From contig OX597821.1 of the NCBI GenBank assembly GCA_951406725.2, positions 18,228,001-18,292,000 of the forward strand: a DNA stretch of 64,000 bases, given 5' to 3'. The DNA comes from Octopus vulgaris. Its lineage: Eukaryota. The position numbers and the translations under genes are program-made. The notes beneath the pieces were generated by a model, which saw only the letters and a list, made by a program, of their open reading frames with translations, was not told the origin of the DNA and did not search any database. Positions 53,431 to 64,000 of this stretch are shown here, piece by piece (within the stretch, counting starts at the first letter, position 1; each line of letters opens with the position of its first letter).

Positions 53431-53622
53431 GTTTTGACATGAGTCCTGGAGTTGATGTAATTGACTCTCTCTCCCTTCAAAATTGTTGGCTGTTCCTGAA
53501 TCAGAAATCCCCCTTTATTGAAGCTTTATGTTCTGAGTTTAAATCCCACTTTCATCCTTTCTTAGTCTATTGGGATCAATGTTCAAAACTAACTTCCTTC
53601 CCTTAAAATTACTGACCTTATA

Positions 53623-53794
53623 GGTGCAGGAGTGGCTGTGTGGTAGGTAGCTTGCTTACCAACCACATGGTTCCGGGTTCAGTCCCACTGCATGGCACCT
53701 TGGGCAAGTGTCTTCTACTATAGCCTCAGGCCGACCAAAGCCTTGTGAGTGGATTTGGTAGACAGAAACTGAAAAGGAGCCTGTCATATATATG

Positions 53795-53827
<33 letters not shown>

Positions 53828-54044
53828 ATATGTTTGTGTGTCTGTGTTTGTCCCCCCAACATCGCTTGACAACCGATGGTGGAGTGTTTGCGTCCCCGTA
53901 ACTTAGCGGTTCAGCAAAAGAGACTGATATAATAAGTACTAGGTTTACAAAGAATAAGTCCTGGGGTTGATTTGCTTGACTAAAGGCGGTGCTCCAGCAT
54001 GGCCGCAGTCAAATGACTGAAACATGTACAAAGAGTAAAAGAGT
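53623..54044 (+). mobile_element. tRNA-derived SINE family 1, full length
   Basis: tRNA-like head, internal TA/TG microsatellite, AAAAGAGT tail. Confidence 0.88.
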
Positions 54045-55323
54045 TGTACCTCATCTAAAAAGCAATTATTCCTAATATTAACACAAGGCCAAATATACAG
54101 CAGGAGCAAGAAAGTCATCAATTAAATCAATTTGATGTTTGATTGAGACTTTTATTGAGACCCTTAACAGGTGAAGTCAACCTCAATAAGATATGAAGAA
54201 CTTAAAGAGATATAATATTAATTTCGAATTTTGGCACAAGGTTAGCAATTGCAGGAGAGTAGAGGAGATAAGTTATGTTGACTCTGGTGTTGATACCAAA
54301 AGGATGAAAGGTAAAGTCAACTTCAATGGAATTTGAACTCAAAACGTTGAAGATGAACGAAATGCCACTAAGCATTTTGCCTGGCATGCTAACGATTCTA
54401 TTAGCTGACCACCTTAAAGATATAATTAAAACTGAGTGCTTACATAGGAACAATATATCAAATTCGAGTGAAGATACAGTTAATTAAATTGAGCCCAGCT
54501 CCAAATTGGTTCTTATCTTTATTAACCACAGAAGGATGAAATGCAAAGTTGACCGTAGTAGGATTCAAAATAAGGAACCAAGTGGTGTAAATACCACAAG
54601 GTATTTTGTCTAACACTTGCCAATTCTGTCAATCAACCATCTCAAATGATTGTTATTATTCTATATTTCTAACTTAGACACAAGATCACAGATTACAGAG
54701 AGGAGAAAATAGTTGATAAAATTGATTCCACAATTTGACAGGTACTTACACTTTTTGTTTAATTTCCTGGGTCTAGACTAGACATGGGCAAACTGCAACC
54801 TGTGGGACTTTCTGAATGACGTATCTAATGAAAAATTACCTGAATTTTTTTTTAGTAGTATAGCCCACCTGATGATGAGTCACGTCTCTTGTAGCCCACT
54901 TCTCGAAAAAGGCTGTCCCCTAACTGGAGATGTAAAAATGCCAAACATTTTAGCATTTAAACATCAAATTAATAATTAAGAATATTAACTATCTTCCTAA
55001 TATTTAGAATATCCATGAACCATTGTAAGCCCTCCTACACTGGTGAGATTGAAGCCATTAATGTCTGGTTTGAACTGTTGCAAGGGGCTGGGGGTGTTGG
55101 ACACAAAAGGGGGTAACAAGAGCGGAGTGGATTGGGAATGGCTGAGTGGAGGCAGTAAAAGACCAGCCATCTCCAATAAACAGATGCCATTAAAGCAGTG
55201 ACTAGTGACAAGAAAGACAGAGAAAGGAGACAACACACCAATCGGCCAGAAGCTGGAGATTGTCTGAGAGTGATTTAATGTCAATTAGCCAAGTGAACTT
55301 TCTCTTGATGTAGTCCAGGATAC

Positions 55324-55736
55324 GGATCTTTTCAGTTTGAACGGCAGTTTTTAACATAATTTCTAGGTAACTAAAAAAGTTTAAACTTCATATACTGCTA
55401 GAATGTGTTTATAAAACATCTTTTTCTCTTGGCTTTATTGAGAAAATTCTATAGTTTGTAAGATATTTGTTGTTTTTTTTCTTCAATTTCTGCAATTTCA
55501 ACCAATCACTGACGTCCATTGAGGTAAAAAAAACATTCTGTGCCATATGAATATATCCCTTGTTTAAGAAACAGATTGGGTTTATTTACATTTGTGAAGA
55601 AAAAAAGATACCCTTCCCCCCACCCCTAACCCTAAAAGAGATTGAAATGCAATAGATTGATACTAGGGTCATAATTATGGGTGACAATTTCATATGACAC
55701 CGCTAGAAAAAACTGCCATTCAAACCGAAAAGATCC
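55324..55736. mobile_element. GGATC-terminal MITE, 413 bp, perfect 8-bp TSD CAGGATAC
   Basis: 29-bp imperfect TIRs. TSD at 55316-55323 and 55737-55744. Confidence 0.9.
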
Positions 55737-55960
55737 CAGGATACCTATGTACATGGCAGCAGCACCATCCCAGATGTGGAAGCAATATTTAAAAGAATAA
55801 CAAAGTTAACATCAATGAGATTTGTACACGGTCCATCAAAGGATATAACTAAACATCGCAGAGATAATGCCTGGTGTTCTACAAACATTGAAAGGAAAAA
55901 GTGACTGGGATTGTAATCTGTTGATAAGCAGAAGGAATGTGTGAAACACTTATTACTTAC

Positions 55961-56083
55961 AAGATCAGGATGGATCCTGCGAACCAGAGGGAAGCAACAG
56001 AAGCAAGAATAAATTGTGGTGAAAATGGAGGACAAGTACGACTGTCCAACTTCTCGACTGCGTGGAATGTGGTAGACTTTATA
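55961..56083 (-). CDS. ALG14: ALG14 internal coding exon (123 nt, YKVYHIPRSREVGQSYLSSIFTTIYSCFCCFPLVRRIHPDL)
   Basis: Contains the ALG14 motifs IPRSREVxQS and PDL. Polypyrimidine+CAG acceptor, GTAAGT donor, phase 0 at both ends. Confidence 0.92.
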
Positions 56084-56220
56084 CTGCAACAGAGAGAAGA
56101 CAGCAAAAGAAGTAGATCTTAGATATACATTTAACAACAACAGGGATGATATTAATGGCAACAGTAAAAATAGCAAAATTTAACAGACAGAGATGAGACA
56201 TAAAGAAAAAAAAAAATTTA

Positions 56221-56381
56221 GACGCAGGAGTGGCTGTGTGGTAAGTAGCTTGTTTACCAACCACATGGTTCTGGGTTCAGTCCCACTGCGTGGCACCTTG
56301 GGTAAGTGTCTTCTACTATAGCCTCGGGCCGACCAAAGCCTTGTGAGTGGATTTGGTAGACAGAAACTGAAAGAATCCCGT

Positions 56382-56427
<46 letters not shown>

Positions 56428-56642
56428 AGTTTGTGTGTCTGTGTTTGTCCCCCTAGCATTGCTTGACAACCGATGCTGGTGTGTTTATGTCCCCGTTACT
56501 TAGCGGTTCAGCAAAAGAGACCGATAGAATAAGTACTGGGCTTACAAAAGAATAAGTCCCGGGGTTGAGTTGCTCGATTAAAGGCGGTGCTCTAGCATGG
56601 CCGCAGTCAAATGACTGAAATAAGTAAAAGAGTAAAAGAGTA
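56221..56642 (+). mobile_element. tRNA-derived SINE family 1, full length
   Basis: Same structure as 53623-54044. Confidence 0.88.
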
Positions 56643-57100
56643 TAGTGGAGTATAATTTTTTTAATTTAAAATATAAATATATTCTTTTCATTTCTAAAAG
56701 AAATTATCAAAATTATAAATTTAGAGTCTGGCAAACCACTTGCTACTAAAAGTGCTGCCAATCAAACGTTCTGCACACCAAATGCTAATGGGTTACAGGA
56801 GTCATCAGAAGGGAATGCACACCATTTCTGGGCCTTCTTCTCAATGGCTTTACAACACACCAGCCCCACTCACTGATGTGAGGCCTCACCAACTTGAGTG
56901 ACTGACTAGTATTTTAGCCATTAACATTCAATCTTAAGTCCTTCATCTCAGGACTTCATATGATTGATTGATTGATTCTAGTTTCAGCCCATGACTGTGG
57001 CCATGCTGGGGCACCGCCATTTATATGTTTAAAATATAAATAAATCTTTAAGTTTCTGAAAGAAATTATTACTAAGATTATAAATTTATTAACCTGTACA

Positions 57101-57685
57101 TCTTTATATATAAAAATCAAGTTGTGTGTCTGTCTCCTACGATTTAGATTCCTTACTCCCACATTTTGCGGTGCAGTTTAACTATCTTATAGTCGTGATT
57201 CATATCGAGCCCTTCTGGGTATTAGCGCGCGTCTAGTATGAGTCTACGATTTAAAAAAAAATTTACTATCATTTTTTTCCATTTTAATGCATTTTTTCGC
57301 TATTATATAAGGGAAGTAACTCTCTAAAAATGTCTACAATGAGTCAACGATTTATAAAAAAATTTACCATCATTTTTTTCCATTTTAATGCATTTTTTCG
57401 CTATTATATAAGGGAAGTAACTCTCTAAAAATGTCTACGATGAGTCTACGATTTAAAAAAAAATTACCATTAATCTTTTCCATTTTAATGCATTTTTTCG
57501 CTATTATATAAGGGAAGTAACTCTCTAAAAATGTCTACGATGAGTCTACGATTTAAAAAAAATTTACCAACGTTTTTTTTCTATTTTTAATGCATTTTTT
57601 TGCTATTTTTTGGCTATAACTCTCTAAAAATGCTTATATAGTTATTTCCCTTACAAACCCGAGCAACACCGGGCGATACTGCTAG
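57101..57685 (+). mobile_element. Non-autonomous Helitron family A with about four internal 100-bp tandem repeats
   Basis: A|TC start, hairpin then CTAG|T end. Repeat units begin near 57240, 57341, 57442 and 57542. Confidence 0.82.
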
Positions 57686-58111
57686 TTTACAATATATTTA
57701 AGCTGTATATTTAGAATATTTATATCAAGATAGGCACAGACATGGTTGTGTGGTTAAGAAGTTTGTTTTTAGCAACAATGTGGCTTCAAGTTCAATCCCA
57801 CTACTTGATACCTTGGTAGTCTCTCGCTGCATGCACCTACAAGCTATGGGCTTTACATCTATTTATTTAGCGACTATATTGTGTTTGCTATGAAGAAAAT
57901 AACATTTCTCCACTAGTAAACTATGTAGCTATAAGCTTTTACTTTCTCAGAAAGCCATTCATCATCACTATCATCATCATCACTGGTTTATGTTCACTTT
58001 TCCATGCTTGTACGGATCAGACAAAATTTGTTGAAGCAGATTTTCTACAGCTGGATGCCGTTCCTGTCACCAACCCTCATATTTTTCCAAAATAATATCT
58101 CCCCATGATCA

Positions 58112-59075
58112 GGCACAGGAGTGGATGTGTGGTAAATAGCTTGCTTACCAACCACATGGTTCCGGGTTCATTCCCACTGCGTGGCACCTTGGGCAAGTGT
58201 CTTCTACTATAGCCTCAGGCCATCCAAAACCTTGTGAGTGGATTTGGTAGACAGAAACTGAAAGAAGCCTGTCGTATATCTCTCTCTATATAAACGTGTC
58301 TGTGTGTCTGTCAGGTTGTACCCTCACCCTGACCACGGCTTTCAACCGATTCTGATGAAACTTGACACACACATAGCCCAATGTCATAATTCAAAACTAA
58401 CGCAGCGAAAATTTTGAAAAGTTCCCCCAGTTCTGAAAAAAATTGATAGATTCGACATGGGGTCGAGAATCTAAGCTTTTTATATGCAACACATTTTCTG
58501 TTGTAGTTTTCGCAACTTGCAATCGATTTTTACCAAACTCTTGGTGAAGCTTAATGTTACCCTAAGAAACTTAATTCTGACGTTAGTTTTCCATGCAATA
58601 CCTTACCATCAGAAAAAATTGATAAAATCATGCCATTTTGGGAAATCGCGTTCAAATTCAAGATGACATATTTTCGACAATATCTTTCACAAATTTGCAG
58701 GAATTTTTTTTAAAATTCACAGCGAAAATCATGTCTGCTCCAAGGAGCTATATGGCCCTTTTTATTCCAATAGGATACTTTATTACTGGAAAAAATCGGT
58801 TAATTAAATCATATGTGGCACACATAGCAAACCGATTTGTGTATTAAACACAAACCACAGACTGTCTAGGGGACGCAACTCGACCTTTTTAACTCAAACT
58901 TTTCGCCCAAAGGGACAGCTAGGAACATCGTATACACAGAAGTATTTGAGTGAAGAGAAGACATTGCAACCTACACATGCACCTTCGTTCCCTAGAGGGA
59001 AAGGACTAGATTGGGATTAGTCATTGCCTACTAGGGGCTCTTACATACCCGGGCAACGCCGGGCTATGCTGCTAG

Positions 59076-59136
<61 letters not shown>

Positions 59137-59332
59137 ATGTTTGTGTGTCTGTGTTTGTCCCCTCAACATCGCTTGACAACTGATGGTGGTGTGTTTACAT
59201 CCCCGTAACTTAGCGGTTTGGCAAAACAGACCAATAGAATAAGTCCTAGGGTCGGGTCGATTTGCTCGACTAAAGGTGGTGCTCTAGCATGGCTGCAGTC
59301 AAATGACTGAAACAAGTTAAAGAGTAAAGAGA
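58112..59332 (+). mobile_element. SINE family 1 split by a Helitron family B insertion (58279-59075)
   Basis: The SINE halves join across an A|TC...CTAG|T insert in the TA tract, with no TSD as expected for a Helitron. Confidence 0.85.
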
Positions 59333-60314
59333 GACATGTTTTAGAAGATTGGAAACAAAGGACACTGCTTGCATGATGGTGACACTTGCTTACAAGTATC
59401 ATGTGATGTCAAGTTAAGGGGACAGAAACACACACACACACACTCACACACGATGGGCTTCTTTCAGTTTCCATTTACCAAATCCAATCCACTTGCAAGC
59501 ATTTGATTGATCTAAGGCTATAGTAGAAGACACTTGGCCAAGATGCAATGCAATGGGGCTGCATTTGAAACCCTGTAGTTGGGTAGCAAACTTCGTACCC
59601 AACAGACAGTCACATCTGCATTTTATAGAGCAGTTCTGAAAAGTAGCTTCTCCAATTTCTCTGTTGTTTTACCAAAAACTCTGAATCCTCAACATCATTT
59701 TCAGCCAGTTTTCCATATTGGCATTGGTTGACTCTGTCAACAGAATTCATGTCTTGCTCAGTTGTCTCCATTTTAGTATGAATTCTACAGCTGGATGCCT
59801 TCTGTAACTCAAACTCTCTATTACAGAATGTACTCGATGCATTTTTGCAAGGCACCAGTACTAAAAAAAATTTGTCAAGCTCTCAGCTAGACTAAAAAGT
59901 CCACTCGACCCAGCATTGCCTTGTTCAATTCACCAGTGAGAAGGTTAAAAGGTAAAGATGACCCTGGTTGAATATGAACTCAGAGCAGGTCATAACTAGA
60001 TACAGCAAAACATTTTGTCTGACACTATACAATTTTGCCAATCAATGTAGCATCATACAGACATATCATCATCGTTTCATGTCCATGCTCCACACCAACA
60101 TGGACAGGATGATTTGGCAGGATCCAACAGACTCCAGATGGGCCTTATATCTCATTGTCCACTTTGGCATGGTTTCTACAGTTGAAGGCCAAACTACTTT
60201 ACAATATGTAGTGGGCACTTTTTTTTATACTGTCAGCATTAGTGAAGTGCCATGCAATCTGCAAGACTACACACCCTGAGAACAGCAGCTTTATGCTAGA
60301 AGATGAGAGATTAA

Positions 60315-60536
60315 CCCTTTAGCATTCAAACCGGCCATATCTGGCCAAAAGTATTCTGCCTGTTTTATGTTCAAACTGGCCAGATCTGGTCTCTCGTACC
60401 AGCCCTACAATATCGTTTTAAAAATTAACAGCTACCACATCAAAATCTCAAAGCTACAAGATTAATGCCTGATTAGTTCAAGGCAATGTGGATAAAAAGG
60501 GATTAATTTTGGCAGAATAATGCGAACACTAAAGGG
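60315..60536. mobile_element. piggyBac-type MITE
   Basis: TTAA|CCCTTTAG ... CTAAAGGG|TTAA. Confidence 0.82.
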
Positions 60537-61645
60537 TTAAAGTACGAGAGATGGGGCTAGAGCAGAACAGGTTTCTTGCTAGAGGGTTTTCAAGGTTACT
60601 TGCATTTTAAAAAACAGTGGGGGCAGGGGTGATTGGGGTGGCATAGGAAAGGGATAAAAATAATGGTGAGAGGTGTTTGTGTGGACCCTCAAAGTAAAAG
60701 GTGAGTGGAAGTAAATAAAGGTGGTGCTCCAGCATGACCACAGTCCAGTGACTGAAACTAGTAAAGGGGTAAAGGGAAGGGTAGACCTGGGAATGTGGGT
60801 GAGTAGCAGTTGCAAGAATGTATGGGAGAGTAAGTGAAAGTTGGGAAATGCAAACAGGGGTGAATATAATGAATGAGAAAGTGTTGAGTAGATGATAATG
60901 AGGGAAGGTGGGAAAGAGTGACAACTAGAGACGGGATAGGATTGAGGGATGAATGCAGTGGAATGTTGAATAAGAGGTTAGGGTGACCAATGGTACAGTG
61001 GGGTAAAGAGTAACAAAATTACCCAGTCCTTTTATCAATTCATCCATCCTCTACTGTTCATGTAAATTACATATCAGACAGATTATATCTAAATCAGCCC
61101 TTTCCAAAAACTTAGAGATCTTCTTACGTAAGTTCTTCACACAGTCTACATAATATCACATACATTCTTATACAAGCATCAGACAGCCGATGTTACAGTA
61201 TACATTCTTACATAAGCTTCACACACTTTATCTTCCATAGTCAGCATAACTTCAGTTGAGTGCCCTACCCATTGACAGTGTTCATTCCTCAACAGCAAAG
61301 AGAAAAACCTCCCATACATACAAAGCTTTCAACTCCCTTCTCTGCCATTCACTTATACAAAACATACCCAACACCACCTTAAGAAATACATGTCTGTCTA
61401 ACAAAATATTTGTTAGTCCTTTCAGTACTGCATACCTGAAGCTAATTTATAAACATAAAAAAATATACCTTATTTCTGGGGTTTCATTTCTACCTAAAAG
61501 CTACTTCTTTTTGAAACCTTTTTTTTTTGGGGGGGGGGGGGACCGCATAAAACAGAAGTCATGGGACACTTATGTCCCAGTAAATATATTGTCCAATTAT
61601 GGTAATGTTACTAGACATTATAAACACAGAAACTAATTGGCACTA

Positions 61646-62815
61646 CAGGGTGTCCCGAAATTAAAGCAACCAAAATTTTGGGCTTTAATAACTATCAATA
61701 CTAAATAAATTCAATTAGGTAATGGTTATAGACCAAAATACAATCATTACCATGCATAAAGGTGGCAAAAGTAATACAGCTATAGCAAAAAAGCTTAAAA
61801 TTAACCAAACAGTCTGGAAAATTGTCAAGAAATTTCAAGAGACTGGTTCCACCAATGATTGACCTGGACGTGGCCAAAAAAGAAGTGTGCAGATCCCTCG
61901 GGTTATCAAATGTATCAGAGAAAATATAAGACGAAATCCTCATCATTCCATCAGAAAACTGGCTGCTACAGCAAAAATAAACCAAACATTGATGTATGAA
62001 AAACTGAAGGAGGATCTCAGGTCCCACCCCTACAAGATGATCCACCGTCATTAGCTCATGCAAGTTTAAGGATATAAGACTAGAGAGAAGTCATCTTGTC
62101 CTGTGTCAGGTTGCTGAAGGTATCCAAACTGGAGTTCACTGATGAAAAGAAATTTGACATCAAACAGACAATAAACCACCAGAATGAATGACTTTGGAGT
62201 GTATCTGGCTCCATTGAGAGTAGACTTGTAAATCTACAGTGGCTGTGACAGCCACTGGAAGGTCTCCCCTTGTTTTCGTGCTCTCAGGTGTAAAAAATTA
62301 ACACCCTGTGATACATTAGCGACATTCTGGAAGCTGAACTGCTTCCGTGGGTGAATGAGCACTTTCAAGGCACCCGTTGGAGCCTCCAACAGGTCTCAGC
62401 ACCATCCCACAGTTTCAAACAGACACAACACTGAGTTCAGAAAAACATTCTGTTGTTCATAGGCAAGGATGTATGGCCCTCAAGAAGCCCCAATTTCAAC
62501 CGGTTGGATTTTTCTGTTTGGTCCATTTTGGAGATGAAGGTCTTGAGCACTCCTCATGCTTCGCTCAACACTCTGAAGGTAAAACTGCACCAGGAATGGG
62601 CTTCAATTCCACAAGAACAGCCGCGTGTCACATGTGAAGCATTCAACCTCGACTTAAAGCTGTGATTCAAAACAGAGGTGGTTATATCAAATAAATGTGG
62701 TACTGTCATAATTGTGTTTCCTTTACCATTGCAAAGCAACACTCAAACCCAAAATATAACAACGGTTTGCTCTGGCAAAATTGAAAAATGTTTGCCTTAA
62801 TTTGGGGACACCTTG
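61646..62815 (+). mobile_element. Tc1/mariner transposon (maT/DD37D-like), complete ends, dead transposase
   Basis: TA|CAGGGTGTCCCGAAATTAA ... TTAATTTGGGGACACCTTG|TA. Peptides FTDEKKF..NHQN and WPSRSPNFNRLDFSVWSILE. Confidence 0.85.
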
Positions 62816-63387
62816 TATAGGGGGAACAAAATTTGATCAAAATTTATTGCATAAGCTATTGCTCTATTATGCAATCCAAGCATTTCCTATGAGTGGCAGC
62901 ACATGAAACAATTCCTGCCTTAAGATACATTGCTTACATGTCTGGACAGATTTTTTTCTTTCCTTCTAGTAACTTTTCCTGCACAACCTGTACATCCCTT
63001 CTTGTAGGACCCTTAACTAGGAAGAGAGAAACCTTACATCATCTTTCATGCTTTTTAACTAGTTCTGAACACTTTTCTATTCTTTGGCTTCTCTTCACTA
63101 GATTTAATGTTTGGCTACTTGCAGTGAGTTCTTCAAAAAGATCAACACTACAATCTAGGTAAGGTTTCTTTGGTTGATGTCACCGTTCTTAAACTATCCA
63201 TACACTGCTTTCTAATTTTGGTACAAGGCCAACAAATTTGAGGGAAAGGGCAAGTCAGTTACATCGACCCCCAAATACATGACTGGTGTTTTATTTTATT
63301 GACCTTGAAAGAATGAAAGGCAAAGTTGATCTTGGCAGAATTTGAACTCAGAACATAAAGCTGGAAAAAATGTTAAGTATTTCAGCC

Positions 63388-64000
63388 AACAGGCGAACTC
63401 AGCACACACCCCCTCGGGCATGTGGCCCTGCTCGATCTGTAGGAAAGGTGTAGGTAGAAACTCCATAAGATGCACCCAATGTAAGCTATGGACGCACAAG
63501 AGGTGCAGCAACATTAAAGGGAAATTAACAGATAAGATAGCTTTCATGTGCAGCAGATGCACAGGGACAATAGACACCACAGACACTCAGAAAACAGATT
63601 CCATCACACTCCAGGGAGAGAAACTAGAAGTAGTTGATAGTTTCCGCTACCTGGGTGACCAAGTTAGTAGTGGAGGTGGATGCACAGAGAGTATCACCAC
63701 TAGAATACGAATAGCCTGGGCAAAGTTCAGAAAGCTCCTACCCCTACTGGCGACAAAGGGTCTCTCCCTCAGAGCGAAAGGTAGATTGTATGATGCGTGT
63801 GTGCGAACTGCCATGCTTCACGGTAGTGAAACATGGGCTGTGACTGCAGAGGACATGCGTAGACTTGAAAGAAATGAAGCTAGCATGATCTGCTGGATGT
63901 GTAATGTCAGTGTGCATGCACGACAGAGTGTAAGCACCCTGAGAGAAATACTGGATATAAGAAGCATCAGATGTGGTGTGCAAGAGCGACACTTGTGATG
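63388..64000 (+). mobile_element. RTE family 2 LINE fragment with intact C4HC3 finger and the downstream RT region
   Basis: ORF 63342-63998 has a C4HC3 finger followed by LEVVDSFRYLG, RIRIAWAKFR and MLHGSETWA. Homologous to 9740-10345. Confidence 0.9.

Noticed and set aside
57238-57630. CRISPR-like or standalone satellite array
   Set aside because: Tandem units without unique spacers, internal to a Helitron, in a eukaryotic context.
56084-64000. Search for ALG14 5' exons (GSGGHT motif)
   Set aside because: Not found by eye; they probably lie beyond the window end. A short exon could have been missed.

Overview
AT-rich, repeat-dense eukaryotic DNA. The tRNA-SINE, RTE and Helitron repertoire points to an octopus or other cephalopod, which is inference. 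The only recognisable host gene is ALG14 (UDP-GlcNAc transferase subunit) on the minus strand. Three phase-0 coding exons lie at 56083-55961, 46788-46729 and 45572-45402, and the 5' exons are not seen in the window. The last two exons are duplicated, with identical sequence, at 16375-16316 and 15159-14989. They sit in a large direct segmental duplication (~6.9-25 kb vs ~35.3-53.1 kb). The centre of the window (~21-41 kb) is a mosaic of inverted, tandem-amplified and deletion-compressed copies of local sequence. The rest is degenerate mobile DNA: CR1-group and RTE LINEs, tRNA-SINEs, non-autonomous Helitrons, piggyBac, Tc1/mariner, GG-terminal (Merlin-like) MITEs and a foldback element. One RTE family carries a PHD-type zinc finger inside its reverse transcriptase, and a Penelope-like remnant has a minimal hammerhead ribozyme motif. 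All comparisons were made by eye, so boundaries of degenerate repeats are approximate.
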